DNA from: a bacterium
GTDB taxonomy: Bacteria > Zhuqueibacterota > Zhuqueibacteria > Zhuqueibacterales > Zhuqueibacteraceae
Assembly: GCA_044869275.1 (NCBI GenBank)
Contig: JBIOXB010000154.1
Span: 1 to 45,052, forward strand
Direction of reading: 5' to 3'
DNA length: 45,052 bases
Positions within the stretch are counted from its first letter, which is position 1; every line of letters begins with the position of its first letter. The translations under genes were made by a program, and so were the position numbers. The notes under the pieces are model-generated. The model ran no database searches, was not told the origin of the DNA, and was given only the letters and a program-made list of their open reading frames with translations. Of the stretch, positions 1-9,208 are shown one piece after another.

Positions 1-2
1 TG

Positions 3-131
3 ACACCCGCAGTCGAAACGATCGCATCGCGCAGCCTTTTTGGTGAAGGCAGCGAGCTATTGGCGGCTATAGTTGATGCAACAAAAGCTGAAAAAAGTCA
101 ATTCAAATGTGACATAGTCAAGTTAACTTAA
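3..131 (+). CDS. Possible 3' end of an upstream gene (partial)
   Basis: Frame open from the window start (TPAVETIASRSLFGEGSELLAAIVDATKAEKSQFKCDIVKLT*) and stops 7 nt before the next ATG; no recognisable motif. Confidence 0.3.
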   Translation, partial: TPAVETIASRSLFGEGSELLAAIVDATKAEKSQFKCDIVKLT

Positions 132-138
132 CGGCCAC

Positions 139-3100
139 ATGAAACAGTTCATTCTTTTCTTGTTGCTGAGTGTACCGCCGGCCGCAATGGCACAAGCCCC
201 CAGCGATACGTTGAAGCATCCCAATCCCACCGCAGGCTCTCAATTCGGCGCGAACATTGTCGTACTCGGAAATGACGTCTTTATTAGTGCGCCCCGCATC
301 GGAGAGGTCTACCGTTTCGATGGCGCCACCCGGCGTCTGCTGAATACGTATCGCCATCCCGCACCGGCACCAGATGACGGCTTCGGCGTCGCTATCGCCA
401 CTTTTGGTGAATTTGTCTACGTCGGCGCGCCCTCGGACGACGCGTTTGGGCCGAATGCCGGCGCGGTCTATCGGTTCGATCGCAATTCCGAATCCATGCT
501 CGACAGTTTGTCCAAGCCGCAACCTGCTGCCAACGACAGTTTTGGCCAGGCAATAGCGGTTGCAGGTAATGTGATCGTCGTGGGTGCGCCCAATGACGAT
601 ACAGACGCAAACAATGCCGGCCGGGCCTATTTTTTTGATGCTGCCAGCGCCCAATTCGGCGGCACGATTGAACACCCCGCGCCAAATCAAACGGAATTTT
701 TCGGTTTCGCCATTGCTGCCAGCGGCAGGCGAGCCTACATCGGCGCTTATTCCCACGGCGCTGTACGCGCGGACGCTGGAGCTGTTTTCGTATTCGAAAG
801 CCTTGGTTCTGAAAACCCCGACCTGGTACAGGTTGATGTCCTTTTGGGCTCGGATTATGACTCAACGGGTCAAACCCATGGCTTTGGTTATGCACTTGCT
901 CTGGGAGACTCGCGCTTGGCAGTTGGCGCGCCTTTCAGACAAGAGGTCTTGCTGCTAGATGTGGAAGGCAATCTCCTCCAACGTTATCGCAAGGACTCAA
1001 GCGAGGGCAGCCAAGATTTCGGCCGGATTATCGCCGCCTCCGGCAATCGCGTGCTGGTATCAGGCTTGGGTGATCGCGACTTCGTTGACGGCATCGCGGT
1101 CCTGTTTGACGATCAGTCCTTTGTGCCGCGCATGACGTTCGAAAATCCCTCCACAACAATTGGCGACGATTTCGGCCGCGCCGTAGCATTCGCAGGCGCA
1201 AATCTCCTGGTGGGCGCACCCTTCGCCAACAACGATTCCGGCCTGGTGTATGTTTTTGCCTTGCAGCAACCGCCGCAAATTACACCGCTCGCAGACGCCA
1301 AGATGTTCGCCGGCGCCTCGTTGTCGCTGGCACTTTCAGCCACTGCTCCGGGCAATGACGCGATCGTTTTCGCCGGTCAAAATTTGCCTCCCTTCGCGCG
1401 GCTGGAAAATCGCGGCGGCGGCACTGGTGCGTTGATTTTCAATCCGACCTATGCTGATACCGGTGTTTATGCTGATATTTCGATCACAGCCACAGACCAG
1501 GGCGAGACACCATTGTCCAGCAGCACGACCTTTTCGCTCTCGGTGTTTGCGGCAGACAATGCCGTGGTGATCAATGAAATCTTGTCCGATCCCAACTACG
1601 ACGATGCCGGGCAGGAACGTATCGAGCTGAAAAATCTCGGCGGCAGTCCGGTGTCCTTCGCAAATTGGAAGTTGTGGGTGCACCGGGATACGCTCGATAC
1701 TTTTTGGCAATTTCCCGGCAGCTTCACCCTGGCGCCCGATAGCCTGGTCGTCATCCACTGGCTGAGGGAGGGAACAAACGACGCGGGCAACCTTTTTACC
1801 GGCGAACCTCAGGATGATGATGATGGTGGTGAAGGTGAAGGTCGAGGAGTTGTTGACGACTTTACTGGAAACAACAGTTCATCTCTCACCGAAATGCAAC
1901 TCGGCGGCCCGCAGGACCAGCAACAATCTGCGTTTACGGCTGCGCTGATTCAGGGTGGAACCGTCGACCTTGCAGAAGAGGTGATGGTTGAGTTCGTGCA
2001 AATCGGCGGCGTGGTGCCAATCAGCCAGGCGCAAGCTGCCAGCCTGGGATTGTGGCGGCCAGGAACATTTTTGGAGCAGGTGCGCGAAGGTCTTTCATAC
2101 GAGCGGCTCGCCTTGCCAGCAGATTCCTTGCGTACTGAGCGGGAACATTACTTCGCGCAACCCAGCCCGAGTTTGGGATTTGACAACGTGCTGGCGCTGC
2201 CGCCGGCCGAACATTTGCTTGTTTCGGAAGTGTGCCTCCGGCCCAACACAGGTGAATTCGTGGAGATTTACAATCCTGCGGATTCGGCCATTTCTCTGCG
2301 CCATTACTATCTCACCGATCACGTCGAAACCGGTTTTGCTTACACCACCCTCGTGCAAGGCTTGCCGGATAGTTTAGGCGAGGGCGATTTTGTGGCGCAG
2401 TTTCCCGACACCGTGATCCAGCGCAAGCAATACTTGACTGTCGCCTTCGACGCGGTGCGGTTCAAACAGCGCTACGGCTCAGGGCCCAATTTTGAAATCG
2501 GTGACAGCGACGGCGACGCGCGCAATGATATGATCGTTACCAAGAGTGGCCGCGGAAAAGCCGGCCTGGATAATCAACAAGAAGCGCTGGTCCTATTCAA
2601 CTGGGACGGGCGCGGCGATTTGGCGCAGGATGTGGATTATATCGCGTGGGGTCCGGACGCGAGCGACAAAGTACAAAAAACCTCACAGGGCTTCGATGGC
2701 CCGGACGCCGGAGCGGCACGCACCTACTATGATGTCGATACCAATATCGACCGCCAGAGGAAAGTAAAAGACGCCGCCCACGAACCACTCCGATCCTGGC
2801 AGCGGCCGCGCCAGCCGCGTGAATTCGACGAGCGGACTGCGGGCGGGAATGGCATCAGCGGGCATGACGAGACCAGTGAGAATCTGGCCAGGGCATTTGC
2901 GGAAGCCGCGCCCACGCCCGGCCGGCGCATCGGGGAATTGGATTTGGAGCCGGATTTTGCCTTCGTACTCGATACTCTGGCGTTTGCGAATCGCGATGGC
3001 ATTCTTGATCGCGGGGAAAAAGCGCATCTGCGCCTGCGCTTGCGCAATGTCGATACTTTGGGCACGGGCAACCTCATCTCAATTCTGCGCTCCGAGACCC

Positions 3101-4296
3101 CGGAAGTTACGGTCGGACCAGATAGCTTGGCTGCCTTCAGCAATATCGAGCCCGGCGCTACCGGACTTTCGTTGGACTTTTATGAGATCACGGCAAAAGA
3201 CGAGCCTTTGCCCGTCATCGTCCATTTGACGCTCTCCGTCATTGACAAGGATGGCGGCAGTGTGTTGGTGGCAGTCGTGCCGATACAAATACTCACCAGC
3301 ATCAAAGTTCATTCCATTTTCTTTACGGTCTCAACGACGCCGCAGGATACCACATTGCTTGCCTTCTTCAAGCTGCGCAATGAAGGCAGAACCACGGCCA
3401 GAAATCTGCGCGTCGAGATGAATCTGCCTGACATTGGGCAGTCCGAATCGGTGAACATTGCCCGCATCGATTCCAATGGCGCGGTGATGCCGAGCTTTCT
3501 CACCCATAAACTCCGCGTCCGTGCAAATGCCAGCCCGCCACTGGATGTTCTCAATCGCACGCAATTGGCCGGATGCTTGAAAATCGCCTCCTCGGAAATT
3601 TGTCCCACGGCGAATTGTCTGCACCAAAATGCCAATCTACTTGTGACTTTCAACCTGCCGCGCGTGGCCGTGACCGTCGAATATTTCCACAGCCGGGTGC
3701 TCGTGCCGGGTATGACGGTGAACCTGGTGGAAGACACCGCACCGGCAGGCACAGAGCCGGTCAGTGTTCTCACTGATACTTTTGGCCGCGCGGAATTCAG
3801 TGCCAGCTTGATCGAGCCGGCGAAATCCTATCACCTCGAAGTGCTCCAGCAAAATGATATGGATACACCGGAGTTTCTGCACCGGCGCATCGACCTGGTT
3901 GATATCAACGATTGCGATTCATTGTTGTCGCCAGCCCTGGCCTTCAAGCTTTCCGCAGCCAAGGCGGCGCGCATCGGACTCCTGGGCAACGTGAGCGCCG
4001 ATGCACAGTTCTCCTCCGCAGATGCCGAGATGATCGATATTTTCGCCGATGGACCGGCCCTTGCGGAAGAAGCCATGATTGGGCAGTCGGGGAAATGGCG
4101 CGTCCTCCCGGCCGAAAGCTTCGCACTGCCGGCGGGATTCACGGGTCGAAAATTCTTGACCGTCCAAGCCTATCGCCTCGGTGACGTCAACGCCGACTGG
4201 ACGTATCCTAGAAACGAATTTCAAGTATTGCAAATCAGCCCAGTATCCGGGCAACAATCCGCCAGCACATGCAGCATCAACGCGGATGAGTTCTGA
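139..4296 (+). CDS. Large secreted multidomain protein: FG-GAP/integrin-like beta-propeller repeats, Ig/cadherin-like domain, two lamin-tail domains, degenerate dockerin-like C-terminus
   Basis: Signal peptide MKQFILFLLLSVPPAAMA; repeated FG.AIA...VGAP..D...AG.VY motifs; VVINEI..DP....ERIELKN and LLVSEV....GEFVEIYNP (lamin-tail); C-terminal GNVSAD...DA and LGDVNADW. Confidence 0.8.
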   Translation: MKQFILFLLLSVPPAAMAQAPSDTLKHPNPTAGSQFGANIVVLGNDVFISAPRIGEVYRFDGATRRLLNTYRHPAPAPDDGFGVAIATFGEFVYVGAPSDDAFGPNAGAVYRFDRNSESMLDSLSKPQPAANDSFGQAIAVAGNVIVVGAPNDDTDANNAGRAYFFDAASAQFGGTIEHPAPNQTEFFGFAIAASGRRAYIGAYSHGAVRADAGAVFVFESLGSENPDLVQVDVLLGSDYDSTGQTHGFGYALALGDSRLAVGAPFRQEVLLLDVEGNLLQRYRKDSSEGSQDFGRIIAASGNRVLVSGLGDRDFVDGIAVLFDDQSFVPRMTFENPSTTIGDDFGRAVAFAGANLLVGAPFANNDSGLVYVFALQQPPQITPLADAKMFAGASLSLALSATAPGNDAIVFAGQNLPPFARLENRGGGTGALIFNPTYADTGVYADISITATDQGETPLSSSTTFSLSVFAADNAVVINEILSDPNYDDAGQERIELKNLGGSPVSFANWKLWVHRDTLDTFWQFPGSFTLAPDSLVVIHWLREGTNDAGNLFTGEPQDDDDGGEGEGRGVVDDFTGNNSSSLTEMQLGGPQDQQQSAFTAALIQGGTVDLAEEVMVEFVQIGGVVPISQAQAASLGLWRPGTFLEQVREGLSYERLALPADSLRTEREHYFAQPSPSLGFDNVLALPPAEHLLVSEVCLRPNTGEFVEIYNPADSAISLRHYYLTDHVETGFAYTTLVQGLPDSLGEGDFVAQFPDTVIQRKQYLTVAFDAVRFKQRYGSGPNFEIGDSDGDARNDMIVTKSGRGKAGLDNQQEALVLFNWDGRGDLAQDVDYIAWGPDASDKVQKTSQGFDGPDAGAARTYYDVDTNIDRQRKVKDAAHEPLRSWQRPRQPREFDERTAGGNGISGHDETSENLARAFAEAAPTPGRRIGELDLEPDFAFVLDTLAFANRDGILDRGEKAHLRLRLRNVDTLGTGNLISILRSETPEVTVGPDSLAAFSNIEPGATGLSLDFYEITAKDEPLPVIVHLTLSVIDKDGGSVLVAVVPIQILTSIKVHSIFFTVSTTPQDTTLLAFFKLRNEGRTTARNLRVEMNLPDIGQSESVNIARIDSNGAVMPSFLTHKLRVRANASPPLDVLNRTQLAGCLKIASSEICPTANCLHQNANLLVTFNLPRVAVTVEYFHSRVLVPGMTVNLVEDTAPAGTEPVSVLTDTFGRAEFSASLIEPAKSYHLEVLQQNDMDTPEFLHRRIDLVDINDCDSLLSPALAFKLSAAKAARIGLLGNVSADAQFSSADAEMIDIFADGPALAEEAMIGQSGKWRVLPAESFALPAGFTGRKFLTVQAYRLGDVNADWTYPRNEFQVLQISPVSGQQSASTCSINADEF

Positions 4297-4302
4297 GGAG
4301 AG

Positions 4303-5577
4303 ATGATGCGCACAAAAGCACACATAATCTGCAGCCTCCTCCTGGCGCTGCCCGCATGGTCGCACGTGCAAGCTCAGGAGTTTTCCCTCGGCCTGGGGGC
4401 CCTGCAGCAGCAAGAGGAACCCGGTGGAGTCACGATCCATTATCCGCTCCTCGCCCATTCTTCCGAAAAACTCAAAAGCCTTCGCTTTGTGGTGCAATTC
4501 GATACGGCGGCCATCAGATTCAAGCGCATGGATGGCAGCGCGGCCGAACCTGCTGCAAGCTGGAAGAGGTTCAGTTTTGAAAGGTTGCCGGATGGCCAAG
4601 TATCATTCTTGCTGCGGCGCACGGCTGCCGGTTCCGAAGAATTCAATGACAGTGAAATCGCGCGCCTGGTATTCGAACGGAAACTACTCGGCAACGATGC
4701 GGTTGCGATTGACACTACCGGCACGCCGCCGGGTTTCGTCATCCTCAACCCCGGACCGCAAGAGGTCGTGCCGAAAATCATCAAATCGCGTGAAATATCC
4801 CTCCAACTTTCCGAATGGAGGCTTGATCATGGCCGGATGATTGGTGCGGTGCTCATCGAGGCCCAACTCGCCGTGCGCAAGATCAAATTCATCGTGGAAT
4901 ACGACGACCGGGCGCTGGCGTCGCCCGGAGAGCAGAGCACCGGCATCCTTGCCGGCAGTGGATTGCGTGCCACGGATTTCGTTTTGAAAATCAATACCGC
5001 GCCGGCGGTTCCACCCTCGGGCTGGGCCAATCGCAATGTGGAGATTGAAATCGAAAGCCCGACGGCGCAAAAGCTCTCGGGCCGTAATATAGAGATTGTG
5101 CAACTCATCTTTGTGCCGCGCGATACGATGCAGCAGCCAAGAATAGAGGTCAATCATGATTGCAGTGCCGGCTTTTTCGTGGTCGAGGATGGACGCGGCC
5201 AGTTGCAACAAAGATGCTTGGACGGCCAAGCCTCCGGAAACCCAACAGAAGCCACAAGTGCCGGCGGAACCAATCTACCCACGGCGTTTGCGCTGCTGCA
5301 GAACTATCCCAATCCGATCATGGCCTCGGGAAATTTCAATGCGGCGACCTCCATTCGCTTTGACGTGCCGCGTCCGGAAAAGATCACGATCCAAGTTTAC
5401 AACATTCTCGGCCAGCTCGTGAAAAGTATTTATGACCAAACGGCCATGCCCGGGTTCCATCGCGTACTCTGGCAGGGCGACAATGCCTCCGGCCATCCGG
5501 TGCGCGCCGGCATTTATTTCGTGCGCATGCGCGCCGGGAATTTCGTGCAAACCAGGCGATTGCTGGTGCTCAGATAA
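4303..5577 (+). CDS. Secreted protein with cohesin-like domains and FlgD-Ig/T9SS-like C-terminal sorting domain
   Basis: Signal peptide; cohesin-like LKSLRFVVQFDTAAIRF and IKFIVEYDDRAL; C-terminal FALLQNYPNP...IQVYNILGQLVK...WQGDNASG..VRAGIYFVRM. Confidence 0.75.
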   Translation: MMRTKAHIICSLLLALPAWSHVQAQEFSLGLGALQQQEEPGGVTIHYPLLAHSSEKLKSLRFVVQFDTAAIRFKRMDGSAAEPAASWKRFSFERLPDGQVSFLLRRTAAGSEEFNDSEIARLVFERKLLGNDAVAIDTTGTPPGFVILNPGPQEVVPKIIKSREISLQLSEWRLDHGRMIGAVLIEAQLAVRKIKFIVEYDDRALASPGEQSTGILAGSGLRATDFVLKINTAPAVPPSGWANRNVEIEIESPTAQKLSGRNIEIVQLIFVPRDTMQQPRIEVNHDCSAGFFVVEDGRGQLQQRCLDGQASGNPTEATSAGGTNLPTAFALLQNYPNPIMASGNFNAATSIRFDVPRPEKITIQVYNILGQLVKSIYDQTAMPGFHRVLWQGDNASGHPVRAGIYFVRMRAGNFVQTRRLLVLR

Positions 5578-5601
5578 TTGCATAGTTTTTAGACCACCTC
5601 C

Positions 5602-8580
5602 ATGAAGCGAGTGATCACCTTTTGGCTGTGCTGGGCCGCCACGGCGAGCCAGGCACAACTGTTGACGCCTTATCTGCAGGGCAATTCGGTGCAAGCGATC
5701 GCCGATGAAGCGGCTACCGGCTCGCTTTGGTTTGCCACCGCCAGCGGCCTTTGGCAATTCGATCAAAGCTCCTTCCATGAAATCCCCGTTGTTCCCGGCG
5801 ACGGCTCGCCTCAGCCTTTTGACTTCGAATGCTTGATTTTTGCCGAATACGACCACGCGACGCGCCTGCTCGTGGCCTCCGCCACACAAGGCCTCTATGC
5901 CAATTATGGCAACACCTGGAAGCATCTGACCAGCGACTCGGGCTTGCCCTCGAACCGCATCTCGGCGCTGGCCACCGATCAGCTCGACCGCTTGTGGGTC
6001 GCCACTTTCGACCACGGTGTTGGGATATTCGATGGCGCGCAATGGCATCGCATTCAGCGCACGGTATACGAGATTTTCGATCCGGATTCGCTGAAATGGG
6101 ACGTGCAACAATACCTGAACAGCACCGGTCTGCCTGAGATCGATGTTCGCGCCCTGCATCAAGATTTGAACGGCAGAATGTGGATGGGCACCACACGCGG
6201 AGCCGCGCGGTTCACCGGAGATTTGAACCAGATCGACAACCGCGAGCTGTGGTGCTATTTTTTGGAAGCGGACGGCCAAACCGTACAAGCGTTTCAAAAT
6301 GATCTTGCCGGCAGCCTGTGGGCGGGCACGCTCAGCAAGGGCGCTTACAAGCTCAACGAAAACGGCTGCCCGTTCTCCGGTAATGCCGCATCGTTCGGAC
6401 TCATCCCGAACACCAGCGACGTGCGCCACATCGCGCGGGCCTTCGACGGCCTGCTCTGGTTTGCCACGAATCTGGGCGTTTACATTTACAATCCCAAAAC
6501 CGGCGCGCTGCGCACGCTCAGCGATAGCGCGATCAAATTCATTCACACCATTTTCGTCGATCGCGACAATAACCTCTGGCTGGGGCAGACCCAGGCGCAA
6601 GGCGTTTTACGCCTGAACAACAACTGGCAGACGCCAGATACCGGAAAACTTCCCAGCGCATTTATTTCCGCCTTGCAGATCTCACACGACACGCTCTGGG
6701 TTGGAACGAGTGCGGGATTGCAGAGAATCAAAGAGGAAGAAAAAATCGGTGCGGTTATTTTGCCGGGAAAAGCCATCAGCGCGCTGGCGCCCGATCCCGA
6801 TGGCAATGTTTGGGCCGGCGTTTTCGGGGAAGACTTGAACGGCGAAGGCGTTTATCTTTTCAGCAGAGAGGGGCGTGCACTCCAGCACATTTGTGTCGAT
6901 TCCTGCGCCGGCAGGCCTGCAAACTCGTGCGCCGGTTTGAATGACGATCGCGTCAACGCCATCGTACAACGCGGGGACACTTTATGGGTGGCGACTTTTA
7001 AAGGCTTGAACCGCGGCATCCTAACCAGACCGGATTCCTGCTGGCGCTACTATACCACCTCTTCCGCACCGGCCGGGCTGCGGGACAATGTCATCAACGC
7101 CATGGCATTCGATTCTGCTGGGCGCCTATGGTGCGGCACCAGTGCGGGTATCGATATTCTCGATCCGCGCGCCGAGCGCTGGATTCCGGCAGCGGAGATC
7201 GATCAAAGCCTTGCCCAAGTCACGGGCGTCAGCGCCATCAGCGTACATCCCCAAAAGGATGAGATCTGGCTGGGCACGAGCAGCACCGGTGCTTATGTCT
7301 ATGCCAACGGGGGCTTGGTGAATTTCAATCGCAGCACGGTATTGCCGGATAATTTCGTCACCGCCATTGCGTTCTCCGAACTGGATGAAGTCTGGGTAGC
7401 GACGCGCAACGGCGTTGCGCGCCGCGAGGCGCAGGGTATTTGGAGCACGTTTACGCAATCGTCCGGCTTGGCAGGGAACTTCGTCCAGTGTCTTGCACTG
7501 CAGGACACTGCTGCGGTTTGGTTCGGCACCTGGGGCGCCGGTGTCACGCGTTATCGCCCGCCGGCAAGCTTGCCGAATACTTTTATTGAAACCCGGCTCG
7601 ACGTCACCGACAAATCCAAAGTTATTTACCGCTTCAGCGCCGCTGATTTGAACACCGCCCGCCATGAGTTTCGCTACCGTTATTGGCTCGACCACGATCC
7701 GCCGAGCTTACCCATTGCGGATGCCTTCGCCGAGGTGCAAGTGCCGGAGCCGGGGCCGCACACGTTTAACGTGCAAGCACTCGATCGCGACGGCCGTCTG
7801 GATCTCACACCGGCAACGGATTCTTTCACGCGCCTCGTTCCTGAAACCGGTGGTCTCACCAGCCAGGAGATTTATTTTTCAGCCGTGCCGGCCGGCGGTA
7901 CGAACGCCGTGGCACTTGATTCGGTCGTCACCATCGCCATTTACTGGCCTCCGAACGTGCTCACCGAAGACACGGAGATCACCATCGAACCCGTCGATTC
8001 GTTGTGGCTCAAACCGCCGCGATTGTTCGCTTTCGAATTGAAGAAAAATGCCGCATTCAATCTTAACAAGTTCAAAACCCTCTCGGTTGCATTTCGATTG
8101 CAGGAAGGCACGCTCGCTTCCCCGCTGGGGATTTATCAGGAGCAGCCCATGCAGATGAGACTGGGCGGCACCACGACCAGGGAGGGCGAGCGGATCGCGA
8201 TCAAAACAGCGATTCAAGACGTGGGAGTTTATTCCGTTCGCATCGAAGATAGCGCCATACAGCAACAGCCCACTACGGCACAAGCCTCCGCTGAGCCGCG
8301 CATCTTTTCTCCCCACGGCGGCGGCCATGGTGCGGAAACCACTTTGTCTTTTCAATTACAGAGCCCGGCAGTGGTACGAATTAAGGTTTACAATCTTGCC
8401 GGCCGTCTCGTCAAAACTGTTTGGGACCAATACCTGAATGCCGGCCTCAACGCGGTCGCTTGGAATGGCCGGGATGAAAACAATCGCGTCTGCCCCAGTG
8501 GGCTCTATCTGATCGCGCTGGAAAGCAGTGGATTTGAAACCACGCCCAAGCCGGTAAAAGTGATGGTTTTGAATGAATGA
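5602..8580 (+). CDS. Secreted two-component-regulator-propeller (Reg_prop-type) repeat protein with FlgD-Ig C-terminal domain
   Basis: Signal peptide; many GLPSN.I.AL..D...LWVAT..G repeats; C-terminal IFSP..G...KVYNLAGRLVK...WNGRDE...SGLYLI. Confidence 0.8.
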   Translation: MKRVITFWLCWAATASQAQLLTPYLQGNSVQAIADEAATGSLWFATASGLWQFDQSSFHEIPVVPGDGSPQPFDFECLIFAEYDHATRLLVASATQGLYANYGNTWKHLTSDSGLPSNRISALATDQLDRLWVATFDHGVGIFDGAQWHRIQRTVYEIFDPDSLKWDVQQYLNSTGLPEIDVRALHQDLNGRMWMGTTRGAARFTGDLNQIDNRELWCYFLEADGQTVQAFQNDLAGSLWAGTLSKGAYKLNENGCPFSGNAASFGLIPNTSDVRHIARAFDGLLWFATNLGVYIYNPKTGALRTLSDSAIKFIHTIFVDRDNNLWLGQTQAQGVLRLNNNWQTPDTGKLPSAFISALQISHDTLWVGTSAGLQRIKEEEKIGAVILPGKAISALAPDPDGNVWAGVFGEDLNGEGVYLFSREGRALQHICVDSCAGRPANSCAGLNDDRVNAIVQRGDTLWVATFKGLNRGILTRPDSCWRYYTTSSAPAGLRDNVINAMAFDSAGRLWCGTSAGIDILDPRAERWIPAAEIDQSLAQVTGVSAISVHPQKDEIWLGTSSTGAYVYANGGLVNFNRSTVLPDNFVTAIAFSELDEVWVATRNGVARREAQGIWSTFTQSSGLAGNFVQCLALQDTAAVWFGTWGAGVTRYRPPASLPNTFIETRLDVTDKSKVIYRFSAADLNTARHEFRYRYWLDHDPPSLPIADAFAEVQVPEPGPHTFNVQALDRDGRLDLTPATDSFTRLVPETGGLTSQEIYFSAVPAGGTNAVALDSVVTIAIYWPPNVLTEDTEITIEPVDSLWLKPPRLFAFELKKNAAFNLNKFKTLSVAFRLQEGTLASPLGIYQEQPMQMRLGGTTTREGERIAIKTAIQDVGVYSVRIEDSAIQQQPTTAQASAEPRIFSPHGGGHGAETTLSFQLQSPAVVRIKVYNLAGRLVKTVWDQYLNAGLNAVAWNGRDENNRVCPSGLYLIALESSGFETTPKPVKVMVLNE

Positions 8581-8609
8581 TGCTGAGTGCTCGTTCCTGG
8601 TTGCTAGTT

Positions 8610-9134
8610 CCTGAGTTTTTCACATGAAGATGGCTTGCAACGAAAAAAGAACCGCAACGAAATCGAAACTTGCGAATCTTGATGTAGGGGGGCTTAAAAT
8701 GGAAATCTTGTATAAGGACTTGAGTTATTGGATTACAGGGTGTGTTTTCGACGGTTTTTCTGAAATCGGTCCGGGATTTGATGAGTATACTTATCATCAA
8801 GGCTTAAAGACGCGGTTTGAAAATGAAAGTCTGCCATTCCAAAGCAAACCTCACATCAAGTTGTATTATTGCGGTATGGAGATAGCTCAATTAGAACCGG
8901 ACTTCATTGTGGACGATGCCATTGTCTTAGAGCTCAAAGCGATCCAAACTGAATTCTTGCCCGAGAACTATGCTCAAATTATCTCCTACTTGCGTGCAAC
9001 CAGCAGACTGTTGGGAGTTGAGCCTTGTCAAAACTCACCTTGTGGGTGGTTTTGTGTTCTCAAGAAGTGTTTACGAAAACCGCGATTTTACAGGATTTTT
9101 TTGTTGAGGTTCTCTTTTCGTTGCAAAATTCAGG
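8610..9134 (+). mobile_element. Inverted-repeat element copy 1 (525 bp) carrying a GxxExxY gene
   Basis: Ends CCTGAGTTTT... and ...TGCAAAATTCAGG; internal TTGCAACGAAAAAAGAACCGCAACGAAA and inverse TTTTGTTGAGGTTCTCTTTTCGTTGCAA; about 9020-9134 aligns by eye with about 14392-14507. Confidence 0.7.
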
Positions 9135-9190
9135 TAGTTACAAGTTTGCTTGCGGCCAACGGCCAACGGCCAACGGCAAAAATTGTCTGA
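8699..9190 (+). pseudogene. GxxExxY protein (PD-(D/E)XK-like), C-terminally truncated and reading through into repeat DNA
   Basis: MEILYKDLSYWITGCVF...IGPGFDEYTYHQGL (GxxExxY), PDFIVDDAIVLELKA, AQIISYLRAT..LLG; the usual final LLINFG...KR segment is replaced by repeat-derived sequence; likely start ATG 8699. Confidence 0.8.
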
Positions 9191-9208
9191 CTAAAAACAG
9201 TTTCACGA